Sequence record: NC_070958.1
Reading direction: 5' to 3' (one strand)
Length of the DNA: 64,000 nt
Within the stretch, counting starts at the first letter, position 1. Every line of letters starts with the position of its first letter. The notes under the pieces are model-generated. The model made no database searches, had not been told where the DNA came from, and saw only the letters and a program-made list of their open reading frames with translations. This document shows, in pieces, positions 38,071 through 46,912 of this stretch. Position numbers and translations under genes: made by a program.

Positions 38071-38128
38071 TTACGTGTACACATATCAATGTGTTCTTTA
38101 TTTAACCACACTCCACAAGGTAACAATC

Positions 38129-38980
38129 ATGAAAAACGTAATCGCCCTCTTGAAGTTCGCTCCTAACACCGCCGTCCGTACTCAGCCTGCCATCGCCCTG
38201 CCCAACTGCATGGACTACTATGGTCAACTCGAGCTCAAAGACGTCGACTTCACCAACCCCGTGCCGGTCAAGGTAGTTCTCCCGGAGATCATCAAACTCC
38301 TGAAGAACGCCGACTGCAAAGAAGAAAGCCTGGTTTCCTTCGAAGTCTATCTGGTAGAGGTAGACAAAGAAGGTGCGTTCGATGCCGAAGCCCTGGTAGA
38401 AGAAAACCGGATCAAGCTGGTCCATCAACAAGAAGATGAAGAAATGTCCAAAGAAGAACAAGCCCTGGCCGAGAAGACCGAAGTCGTGAAAGGCGCACCG
38501 GTCAATCAAGGTACCAACGTTTACCATCAGCCGACCAACGAGTTCGGTAAGAAGTACAAAGACGTGAAAACTGCTCGCCTCACTCCGCGTGGTAGCGTCA
38601 TCACTGCCGGCTTCGGTGCCCTGGCCGCCAACCTGGGCGATCAGCTCCTGAACGACAACTGGGAAAGTGCACGCTGCATCTCTACCGGTCTGGCTACCGT
38701 GGTCGTTGGTATGGGTGCGCACGCACTCCACAACACCACCAAGAAGATGACCAACGAAAGTGGTGCTGGCATGCACGCCGGTCTCAACCTGGTAGCTGGT
38801 GGCGTTACTGGTCTGGCGATCGGTCGCGGTTTCGAAGCTATCTTCGAAGCCCAAGAGATGTTCTCTTTCAGCAAGAAAGAAGAAACAACTCACGAGAACC
38901 CCAACGAAGAAGCCATGATCGTTCCTGTCAGTGATCCCGAAGTAAAGGCGATCATCAACGAGTACGAACAGGAAATGTAA
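38129..38980 (+). CDS. Probable early membrane-associated protein with Gly/Ala-rich hydrophobic helices; start moved to ATG 38129
   Basis: AAGG SD, strong codon bias, three hydrophobic small-residue segments in the C-terminal half. Confidence 0.7.
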   Translation: MKNVIALLKFAPNTAVRTQPAIALPNCMDYYGQLELKDVDFTNPVPVKVVLPEIIKLLKNADCKEESLVSFEVYLVEVDKEGAFDAEALVEENRIKLVHQQEDEEMSKEEQALAEKTEVVKGAPVNQGTNVYHQPTNEFGKKYKDVKTARLTPRGSVITAGFGALAANLGDQLLNDNWESARCISTGLATVVVGMGAHALHNTTKKMTNESGAGMHAGLNLVAGGVTGLAIGRGFEAIFEAQEMFSFSKKEETTHENPNEEAMIVPVSDPEVKAIINEYEQEM

Positions 38981-38986
38981 GAGTTA

Positions 38987-39020
38987 AACCTCCACCTCCC
39001 CGTCAAGGGAGGTGGAGGTT
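38987..39020. terminator. Bidirectional terminator, TTGAC-loop family (inverted relative of 2231)
   Basis: AACCTCCACCTCCC-CGTCAA-GGGAGGTGGAGGTT between convergent genes. Confidence 0.8.
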
Positions 39021-39029
39021 ATTTACTTA

Positions 39030-42000
39030 TTACTTTTTCTTTTTGTCTTTACCTTCGGGAGGAAGGTCAGACTCATCGAACGCACTCATTTCTGGTGCGA
39101 TCTCTTCTTCCTCTACAACTACGTCTTCTTCAAGTTTCTTTTCATCACCCTCAATTACTTCAGGATCAGAACCTTGTTCAACGTCATTATCGAGTTGATC
39201 TTGATCTTCGATTACCGCTTCATCTTCCGCAGGCGGAAGATCGTCAGGACCGAATGCCTCAAGATCTGATCCAGGTTCAGGAGTCACATCTTCCCCAAGA
39301 TCGTCACCGGTTACCTCGGTTTCGTCATCGGGAATAGCGTCGACACTGGTGTCATCAGGAGGAAGGTCGAGTTCTGCCGATTGTGCCATCGGTTCAGCGC
39401 CAGCTTCCACGCCAGCTTCATCACCACCTTCACTACCTACATCAGGTCCGGCAGGGAGATCGTCCATTGAGAACGCACTCATGTCAGAACCGTCCGTGTC
39501 GCTAGCACCTGTGTCCTCAGCACCGAAATCTCCACCACCGCCGAAATCTCCACCACCACCATCGAATCCACCGCCAGGCTGTTCTTCCAGCATACCAGGG
39601 TTAGATGGGTCAGCGCTTTCATCCGGTTTCTCACCATTAATCTCGTCGGACTTGGCCTTCAGTTTATCCAGGAGCTTATTAGTCTTCTTATTACCGATGA
39701 CATAGGCTTCCAGGAACCTAATGGTATTGGTCTCGAGGTTAGTGATGCTATCCACCATCGAGAAGATACCACCACCGTCACCGTCGTTGAGGACCTCTTC
39801 AAACGGCATCGGGATATTGAAACGTTGGAACGCATCAGCCAACATCGCTCCCTTAACCTGACTAATAATCAGATCAGGTTCAACGTTGATTTCAGCAGCC
39901 AGTCGTTCAATAGCCTTAGCACCACCCATCAACTGTGTCCAACGCTCAACGAGTTTATCGATTGCCTCGATTTTGTCGTCGATCTTGTTGAGTGTATCAG
40001 TGATAGCGGGTTTCGGAAGTTCCACGTAGAAAGACTTGAGGAAGTCCAGGAAGACCATCTCAACCTTTTCTTCTTCAGTGAGTTTACCTTCCAGTTCGAG
40101 ACCTTCTGCCTCAGCGATTTCTTCCAAGCTGTATTGAGAAGAAGTCTTCTCGTAAAGTTTGGCGTTTTCCTTAATAGTCTTGAGGAGATCAGTGACCAAA
40201 GGCTCGTTACACATGATGTGCTTGCGCATGAAGTCGGAGAAGTGCCGAGAGAACTTGTCAGACAGTTCGGCGGTTTGGTTACGAAGCATTTCCTGCTCAG
40301 CCAAAGCCTCTACCTGGAAATCGTTACCTTCACCACTGTCATCCAACCAACTACGTTTCAGGTTGAAGTAACCAGAAATAACGTTGAGCAGTTGCTCACG
40401 AGTAGCAGGATCGATTGTCTTCAGTGGTTCACGCTCCATTTGCTGAGCGTTGATCTCAGGAGCGATTACCGAACGGTTTTCACCGGCATCGACACGAATA
40501 GTCAACGACTGTTCTTTGAACCGATCCAACACCGCATCAATAGATACGTTGTTAAAGCCGATAATGTCATGCAGAGTCGGGTTGTTGGCAAACCACTCGT
40601 CACGAACCATCGCAACAAGGTTACGAGCATCAGGGTTCTGTTTCTCCAGAACAATAGAAAGTTCTGTGTGAGAAATAGAGTTCTCGATGTTGGCCAGGGC
40701 GTCAGCAGTTTCCAAAACCGCAAGGCGGGTGATGTGGAGCTTAGCTTCTTCCACCAAAGAACGCCCAGTACCAAGAGCGTTAAACTCAGTAGCGATGTAG
40801 GTCATGTATTCGGCAGGGACAAAGACACAACGAACACCTTGCTGACGGAAGGCACGTCCTAAGAACAGTTTCTTGTTATGCTCGGTCAGTGAGATGGTAA
40901 CTGATTTACGGAGATCACCGTTGATGAAACCTTCAGCCAGTTCCTTCTCAAGTGTTGCAGATGCAAACTCAACCATCCAGGACATGTCTACTGCGCAATC
41001 TCTGCCCTGAGCAACAGCCTTGATGTGGGACGCCATTTCGTTGATGGAACCGACACCGTTCTTCAATACAGTTCCGCTTTGAGAACCTTGATAGAACTTC
41101 ATATCCCCGACAGTACGGAGAAACTCACCAGTGTCCGGGTCAGTCAACAGAATGTAACCGAATGGGTTACCGATGTCACCATTGGCATGAACAGGGATGC
41201 AAGCTTCACTGGGAACGTGGTAAGTGATACCGATACCTTTCCCGCTACCAGTGTAGAAACGACTCCTACGAACGCTCAGGGACTCAGAATAACGATAGTT
41301 GCGTTTGGGATACAACTCAGCAATGATTTTGTTGCTATCCTCGATACTAGCAACACCTACCTTGTTGTTATTCTGGTTCTTCTCTTTCTTGGCCTTAGCC
41401 AACTGTTTCTTGCCAGTCTCAAAAACCTGACCCATCACAGTTCGTAATGTCTCGTTACCAGTGACAGAACGGAGACGTCTGGAGGTCAGCGTCTGACGAA
41501 GTTCAGCTGCACGCATCACAATCGGGTTATCAGTAAAGGTCCAGTTCAGTCCTTCTTCAACCAGGTTATATTCACTACCAGCACTGGCGTTCCCCGAAAC
41601 ACCCCAGAGACTTTCCATACCACCGGCATCAGCAAGTGCGTTGTTCGGCGTTTTGCGAATGTATCCCAGGTTCTTTGCTTTCTTAAAGCTACCATCGAAA
41701 TGCTTTTCGAATATAGCTTTGCCCCGTTCAAAACCCTCGTTACCAGAAGTCTCGAGTGACATCTCGTAACCATTTATGAGGTGGTCCAAAACGCTGTGGG
41801 ACATATTCAAAAGAGCGTAAGAACCTGATCGGAACATTACGTCTTTAATGATTTGAGCCAGGTCTTTCTCAAAGGGGTATTGTGTTGTGAAATACTTCTT
41901 TACTGACGAGATCAAGTTGTCGTGGAGTTCCACGTTCTTCATGTCGGTATTTTCAGTAAGGAAGTTCAATATGTTACGCTGATCCCCATTAGGTTTCAGC

Positions 42001-42287
42001 AGCAGAGTAACCCAGAGATCCTCGGCACGTTTTATCAACTGTGTGACTGAACGAAGATCGGTACTCGCTTGTGTGTTGTTAGAGATGATATCGGAAAGTT
42101 TACGTACCTTGCGATAATCTGCCTTGGACTTCTCATCACGATCCCGATTACCACGAATATCGCGATCGGCAACCATGAGAGATTGCATCCCCTTCTCCAC
42201 CGGAGTGAGGTTTTCCATACGGGCCTTCATCACTGTCTTATCGACAGGAGCAAACCCCTTTGGAACACCCTTCTGTTTAGTGCTCAT
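39030..42287 (-). CDS. Portal protein precursor (phiKZ gp129-like) with a long acidic C-terminal tail
   Basis: 1085 aa, GRSL motif (LGTGRSLVEEAK) typical of portals, head-to-head with a 710-aa structural gene as in phiKZ-like phages, G-x-E sites. Confidence 0.7.
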   Translation of the reverse strand: MSTKQKGVPKGFAPVDKTVMKARMENLTPVEKGMQSLMVADRDIRGNRDRDEKSKADYRKVRKLSDIISNNTQASTDLRSVTQLIKRAEDLWVTLLLKPNGDQRNILNFLTENTDMKNVELHDNLISSVKKYFTTQYPFEKDLAQIIKDVMFRSGSYALLNMSHSVLDHLINGYEMSLETSGNEGFERGKAIFEKHFDGSFKKAKNLGYIRKTPNNALADAGGMESLWGVSGNASAGSEYNLVEEGLNWTFTDNPIVMRAAELRQTLTSRRLRSVTGNETLRTVMGQVFETGKKQLAKAKKEKNQNNNKVGVASIEDSNKIIAELYPKRNYRYSESLSVRRSRFYTGSGKGIGITYHVPSEACIPVHANGDIGNPFGYILLTDPDTGEFLRTVGDMKFYQGSQSGTVLKNGVGSINEMASHIKAVAQGRDCAVDMSWMVEFASATLEKELAEGFINGDLRKSVTISLTEHNKKLFLGRAFRQQGVRCVFVPAEYMTYIATEFNALGTGRSLVEEAKLHITRLAVLETADALANIENSISHTELSIVLEKQNPDARNLVAMVRDEWFANNPTLHDIIGFNNVSIDAVLDRFKEQSLTIRVDAGENRSVIAPEINAQQMEREPLKTIDPATREQLLNVISGYFNLKRSWLDDSGEGNDFQVEALAEQEMLRNQTAELSDKFSRHFSDFMRKHIMCNEPLVTDLLKTIKENAKLYEKTSSQYSLEEIAEAEGLELEGKLTEEEKVEMVFLDFLKSFYVELPKPAITDTLNKIDDKIEAIDKLVERWTQLMGGAKAIERLAAEINVEPDLIISQVKGAMLADAFQRFNIPMPFEEVLNDGDGGGIFSMVDSITNLETNTIRFLEAYVIGNKKTNKLLDKLKAKSDEINGEKPDESADPSNPGMLEEQPGGGFDGGGGDFGGGGDFGAEDTGASDTDGSDMSAFSMDDLPAGPDVGSEGGDEAGVEAGAEPMAQSAELDLPPDDTSVDAIPDDETEVTGDDLGEDVTPEPGSDLEAFGPDDLPPAEDEAVIEDQDQLDNDVEQGSDPEVIEGDEKKLEEDVVVEEEEIAPEMSAFDESDLPPEGKDKKKK

Positions 42288-42307
42288 ATTTCTCCCTAGG
42301 AAAGATT

Positions 42308-44440
42308 ATGTTGAACAATATTGAATACAACGCTTATTTAATGAAGAATCTGGCATTGGCCAGAACGATCGTCATTAAGTGCGAAGACATCGCATTACTG
42401 GATAACCAGGCGATGGAAGATCACTATGGAATCGAAATAGGTTCGGACCGCACACAATGGCGTTACTATCTCAACCTGAATGGCGAGTATCACCAGACTG
42501 ACGAAATGATGCGCGTCCAATCTCTGGATAATGGTGAGATGATTGATTTCACCAAACAGAACCTGGACCTGCACCTCGCCACAAAACGTGCATACCGTGA
42601 AGGTAGTTATTACTTCTCTAGACTAACCGAAAAATACCAAGGTCAGTCAGAATTGATTAAGGGCATCATAAACCCTATTCCACCGTCAGAATCGATCCCA
42701 GCAAAGAATTACCAGATACTCAGGTATAACACAGATCAGGTTCTTTGGAATGAGTACCAGTTGATCCCTGCTCTGCAAAGACACGTATACAACCTTGTAG
42801 AAACATTCTTCAAAACAGAATACATCTACACTGACGACCTGATGCTCACTATATTGCTGACGCATCTCCATGCGTCTCTCTTCTCGGCTATTCTCCAGAT
42901 ACGCGAAGATGCGGATGGAACACGTTATGCGCATGAATTCCACATTTGGTCTAGACTCACCTCATTGGGAATGTCCCCGATCTACAAGCAGGTACTCGAT
43001 CGCAAACAGACCATGTGGTTCTACCGTAACCTGGATTACGTGCTTAGGAAACAAGGTCGTCGTCAAACATTCGACGAACTGACAGATATCATACTGACTC
43101 ATCGTCGTATTCCGTTGTCCCGACACATCACGTTGCAGAACACTGAAAACATGCTGGAGTCGATCACACCGGAACCGATGTTCCAGAGTCAACCGGTTAA
43201 CAAGATCACTGGTTTGGGTTCCAACTTCCAGTTGTGGAGTGTGCAGGATGTAATAAGGAAAGAGATTCCCCTGGCCCTCGATAACGAGGAGAACAGAGAC
43301 ACTAACCAACTGTTGACAGAACACCGTATCAAGTATGGACTCCACTCTGATATCCCGACCAAGGTTCTGGAATCTACGATGGTGGACGTAACCGATCGAA
43401 ATCCCAATTCGATAATGCGTGTTCTGAACAATCAGTGGCTCTATATGGCTAAGAACAATCTCTACGTCATAAACCACGATTTCACTGATCTGAGAACAGG
43501 GAAACATTTCCGTCTGAACACCAAGGAAGCGTATATCCTTTGGGCTTACCTGGTGAACCGTTATACCGGTAACACCACAGAGCATATTGGTTATTACACC
43601 TACTATCGAGCTGCCAAACAGACTGTACCCACTTATAAAGAACTCATGCTTTTAGGGTACGACAAGATCCTGTCTGAGAAGCTCTGTAAGGACATTGTGG
43701 CGAGTTGCCCTGACATTGTTAAGGTTATCTCACCCTCAACGTTTTATAACACATGTCGTGACATCATGGACGCTGATTGGAATCAGTCTAAAATGAGAAC
43801 TGTCGTCATGAACATGTTCTGGGAAGCGCAAACCGGCAACGCTATTGAGGCTTGTTACGAGACAGGAACTGTTTCCTTTGCGGATGGTAACAAAACCTAT
43901 CACCAATGGTTAACCGAACACGACCTTTCATTCGAAGATTACTCTCAAGATGAACTGTTGGATCTTGCTTGGGCGGTATGGCAAAAGGTTACTGGTTGGG
44001 ATAACGCGGTCATTCTCTCTTTGGGAGATCAGCAGCGTGCACTCATCAACCTGATGAAAGACCTGACTAGCTACACCGTTCAATACATCGGTTCTACCGA
44101 GAATGATCTTGGTTGGGTACGGCTTGGCTTCCAACCCATGATGGAATCTGATTTCTTCAAACAAGTAGGTCCTGACGATCCCGGTACTGGGTTGGTCAAT
44201 GAGATGGAACAGATACTCCCTGGCATTTATAAGGGTGTTCCTGAGATGTCTCTTGAAACCAAGAGTAAACCTATGTCGGTGGAAGGTGACATGATAGAAT
44301 CTATTTACATGGAGTCTATTGCTCATGCTTACCTCAAGGATGGTTCCCACCTTAAACCTGTACCTCTAGATGCGAGTCAGTCGGTAAGAGCTAATCTGTT
44401 TATGGCTCTCACTCTGAGACCCGTTCCAATAGAGGGATAG
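42308..44440 (+). CDS. Virion structural protein, probable baseplate (phiKZ gp128-like)
   Basis: 710 aa divergent from the portal gene; function by synteny. Confidence 0.55.
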   Translation: MLNNIEYNAYLMKNLALARTIVIKCEDIALLDNQAMEDHYGIEIGSDRTQWRYYLNLNGEYHQTDEMMRVQSLDNGEMIDFTKQNLDLHLATKRAYREGSYYFSRLTEKYQGQSELIKGIINPIPPSESIPAKNYQILRYNTDQVLWNEYQLIPALQRHVYNLVETFFKTEYIYTDDLMLTILLTHLHASLFSAILQIREDADGTRYAHEFHIWSRLTSLGMSPIYKQVLDRKQTMWFYRNLDYVLRKQGRRQTFDELTDIILTHRRIPLSRHITLQNTENMLESITPEPMFQSQPVNKITGLGSNFQLWSVQDVIRKEIPLALDNEENRDTNQLLTEHRIKYGLHSDIPTKVLESTMVDVTDRNPNSIMRVLNNQWLYMAKNNLYVINHDFTDLRTGKHFRLNTKEAYILWAYLVNRYTGNTTEHIGYYTYYRAAKQTVPTYKELMLLGYDKILSEKLCKDIVASCPDIVKVISPSTFYNTCRDIMDADWNQSKMRTVVMNMFWEAQTGNAIEACYETGTVSFADGNKTYHQWLTEHDLSFEDYSQDELLDLAWAVWQKVTGWDNAVILSLGDQQRALINLMKDLTSYTVQYIGSTENDLGWVRLGFQPMMESDFFKQVGPDDPGTGLVNEMEQILPGIYKGVPEMSLETKSKPMSVEGDMIESIYMESIAHAYLKDGSHLKPVPLDASQSVRANLFMALTLRPVPIEG

Positions 44441-44442
44441 AT

Positions 44443-44772
44443 ATGAATCGATTAACACGATACTATCCAGGGGATTGTATAGTTCGTGTAGTTGCGCATG
44501 GAGAGTACGTTTTGACTCTCCTTGTCGACGATAGTCATGTCAAACACGATAAAATCAACCTGGCTTGTCTCAATGCTTACAAGCTTGAAACAAGTTCAAA
44601 AACAGAACTCACTGGGAGAATGATCAGTCGAATCGTTTTCCCTTATTACGACGATCTCTATGCCGAAGATATTGACCGCATAGAAGATAACGGTGGATTC
44701 TACACAGTCTACATTCGTAAAGGAGTTCTTGTTCATTTCGGTCATTTCAACATATATAAGAGGGATAAGTAA
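44443..44772 (+). CDS. Hypothetical protein
   Basis: 109 aa coupled to both neighbours. Confidence 0.7.
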   Translation: MNRLTRYYPGDCIVRVVAHGEYVLTLLVDDSHVKHDKINLACLNAYKLETSSKTELTGRMISRIVFPYYDDLYAEDIDRIEDNGGFYTVYIRKGVLVHFGHFNIYKRDK

Positions 44773-45692
44773 TGGCTCAACAAATCGACAACAACCGTCA
44801 GAAGAGTATTCTTCCCAACCAGCTGGTTTCTCCCACTGGTATCGGTGTCGTTGTCTCCGCCGCAATCAACTGTAACCGCCCTGTGGACATTCCCAAGTAC
44901 ACCACACTGAATGAACACTTCAACGTTCTGGCTGATGAGTCCATCGGTAAAAAGAACGGGAAAGATTTCCAACTGGCTTACTTCGGTATCGGTATCGGTG
45001 GTTCCCGTTCTATCGGCGAAGACAGCTTTGGCCTGGAAGACCGCAAGGTAAACCAGCATAAGGCCACCGACTTTAACGCTTTCCACGGTATTCCGCTTAT
45101 CGCCCGTGAACTCAGCAACGACCTCGACCCGGTTCTCCGGGACCAGTATCGTCTCCGTGTTGTACGGAAGATCGGCGAAAAGATCTACGCTCTCTACTTC
45201 CTGAAGCTGATCAACTTCGACAGCTTCGCTCCGAGTATGAAAGTCGGTACTCGCGATCCGGCGACTGGTAATGAAACCAGTTATCCATACGAACCCAAGA
45301 AAGAAGACCTTCAGCCGACTCCGTTCCAACTGACAGTGCAGGACTCCATCCCGTTGTCCAACACTTATGTTCACGGGACTGGTACTCTGGATCTCACCCT
45401 GAACGTTGACGATCTCCACGAGATTCGTAACGCCTGTCGTATCCTCTACGGTAACGCCAACAAAGCAGCGATCAACGAATGGTACGTGTGCCATGGTATT
45501 GAGACCCGCAACGACGGCGAGATCGGTGAAGGTGGTACAGTGGTTTATAAGGAACTGCAATCCGCAGTTGTCTCCTTTAACATCACTGAAGCTTGGGCGC
45601 GTGACGCGAACGCGAATACCAAGATGCCGTGCTTCTTCGAATACGGTAACTCCCTCCCCCTGTTGGTTGGTAGCGACGAACTGGCTGGTTAA
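44772..45692 (+). CDS. Virion structural protein, possible tail-collar/baseplate component
   Basis: 306 aa, strong codon bias, LAYFGIGIGG motif reminiscent of tail-collar fibre N-termini. Confidence 0.5.
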   Translation: MAQQIDNNRQKSILPNQLVSPTGIGVVVSAAINCNRPVDIPKYTTLNEHFNVLADESIGKKNGKDFQLAYFGIGIGGSRSIGEDSFGLEDRKVNQHKATDFNAFHGIPLIARELSNDLDPVLRDQYRLRVVRKIGEKIYALYFLKLINFDSFAPSMKVGTRDPATGNETSYPYEPKKEDLQPTPFQLTVQDSIPLSNTYVHGTGTLDLTLNVDDLHEIRNACRILYGNANKAAINEWYVCHGIETRNDGEIGEGGTVVYKELQSAVVSFNITEAWARDANANTKMPCFFEYGNSLPLLVGSDELAG

Positions 45693-45707
45693 TAAAGAGG
45701 TTCTGTC

Positions 45708-46328
45708 ATGTCTCAAAAACAACAGAACCTGTATCTCTCCCTGAAAGCCGGGGAGAGTGTTCTTTCTCTTATTCCTGCCCTGAACAAACGGTATGGTTTG
45801 TCATTGGACCCCGACAAGTATCATGACGATACTGTTGAACATGACGAACTTACTCGTTTGTCAGGTGGGTTGGTGAGTAAAGAAACAGGTGAACTGGATT
45901 GGATAGTTATCGATTCCTCCGATGGCTCAGGTAAGAATACTGTCCTCCCAATGGCTCAATTCAAGAATCCCAAAAAGCTGCTGCAAACAGAGATAAGCCG
46001 ATATTCGTGCATTCAGATCAACACTTATAAGGAGATCGAATTCCTTGAACAAGTAAGTGTTGGTGTTTCTAACAATATCGGCTTTAACGGTTCCGACGCA
46101 CCCAGACTTCTTATGGAGTTGATGAATCGATACGGTATCGGTTCTGGGTGGAGTTGTAACCATGGTCGTGGAAACACTACCGCAGGCTTCACGCTTCTCC
46201 ATTTAGGTAAGCCTGAGACCATTCCCAGTGAATATCTCGCCAACAGTAATGTGGATTATGTTGCCGTCGTCGAATTGGAAACCTACACTGGGAAAGCGGT
46301 ATACAGCTTGACAGTGGGTAAATTATGA
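45708..46328 (+). CDS. Hypothetical protein
   Basis: 206 aa, AGAGG SD, ATGA overlap with ruvC. Confidence 0.7.
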   Translation: MSQKQQNLYLSLKAGESVLSLIPALNKRYGLSLDPDKYHDDTVEHDELTRLSGGLVSKETGELDWIVIDSSDGSGKNTVLPMAQFKNPKKLLQTEISRYSCIQINTYKEIEFLEQVSVGVSNNIGFNGSDAPRLLMELMNRYGIGSGWSCNHGRGNTTAGFTLLHLGKPETIPSEYLANSNVDYVAVVELETYTGKAVYSLTVGKL

Positions 46329-46912
46329 CAGTACGTATCTTGGGGATTGACCCTGGCATCTCTAGCCTTGGTTTGAGCTGCATCGAACTCGATCCCTACG
46401 AGAAGAAACCTTTCAAACTCATCTATGCTGAAACAGCGAATGGTGAGTACAACGAGTTTGGCATAAGGGCGGATAACCCTCACCAGGTCAGAGCCAAAGG
46501 TTTGACCCGGGTTTACTCTTATGTTTTTGATAAGTTCGAACCTCACGTGGTTGCTTGCGAAGATAACTTCCTCGGAATCAACCCTGCTTCCTTTAAGCGA
46601 CTCATCGAAGTAGTCTCCTACTTCAACATTCACACTGTTACCAATAAGAAGGACGCTGCATTCCGTCTCGTTCTCCCCCGATTGGCTAAACAGATTGTGG
46701 ATGCTGACTTTCGTGGCGCTACCAAAGATGATGTTAAAATCGGATTGGCTAAGTGTGAGTTCTTGGACTTGAATGGGTTTGATCTCGATCTTTTGACTGA
46801 GCACGCTCATGACGCCATCCTCTTGGCGGTTTATTTGGGTGTCCAGTACTATAAGGACCTCGGATGGGATTTGATCCATGATAAAAAGAGTAAAGCCTCA
46901 GCCAAGACCTGA
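46325..46912 (+). CDS. ruvC: RuvC-like Holliday junction resolvase
   Basis: ILGIDPG start, VACEDNF, ATKDDV and HAHDAILLA reproduce the RuvC catalytic pattern. Confidence 0.9.
   Translation: MTVRILGIDPGISSLGLSCIELDPYEKKPFKLIYAETANGEYNEFGIRADNPHQVRAKGLTRVYSYVFDKFEPHVVACEDNFLGINPASFKRLIEVVSYFNIHTVTNKKDAAFRLVLPRLAKQIVDADFRGATKDDVKIGLAKCEFLDLNGFDLDLLTEHAHDAILLAVYLGVQYYKDLGWDLIHDKKSKASAKT

Noticed and set aside
39012-39705. Plus-strand ORFs rich in S/P/Q/R opposite the portal tail
   Set aside because: Complement of the low-complexity acidic tail; no independent signals.
46283-46879. 198-aa minus-strand ORF over ruvC
   Set aside because: Antisense shadow of a gene with a full RuvC catalytic signature.
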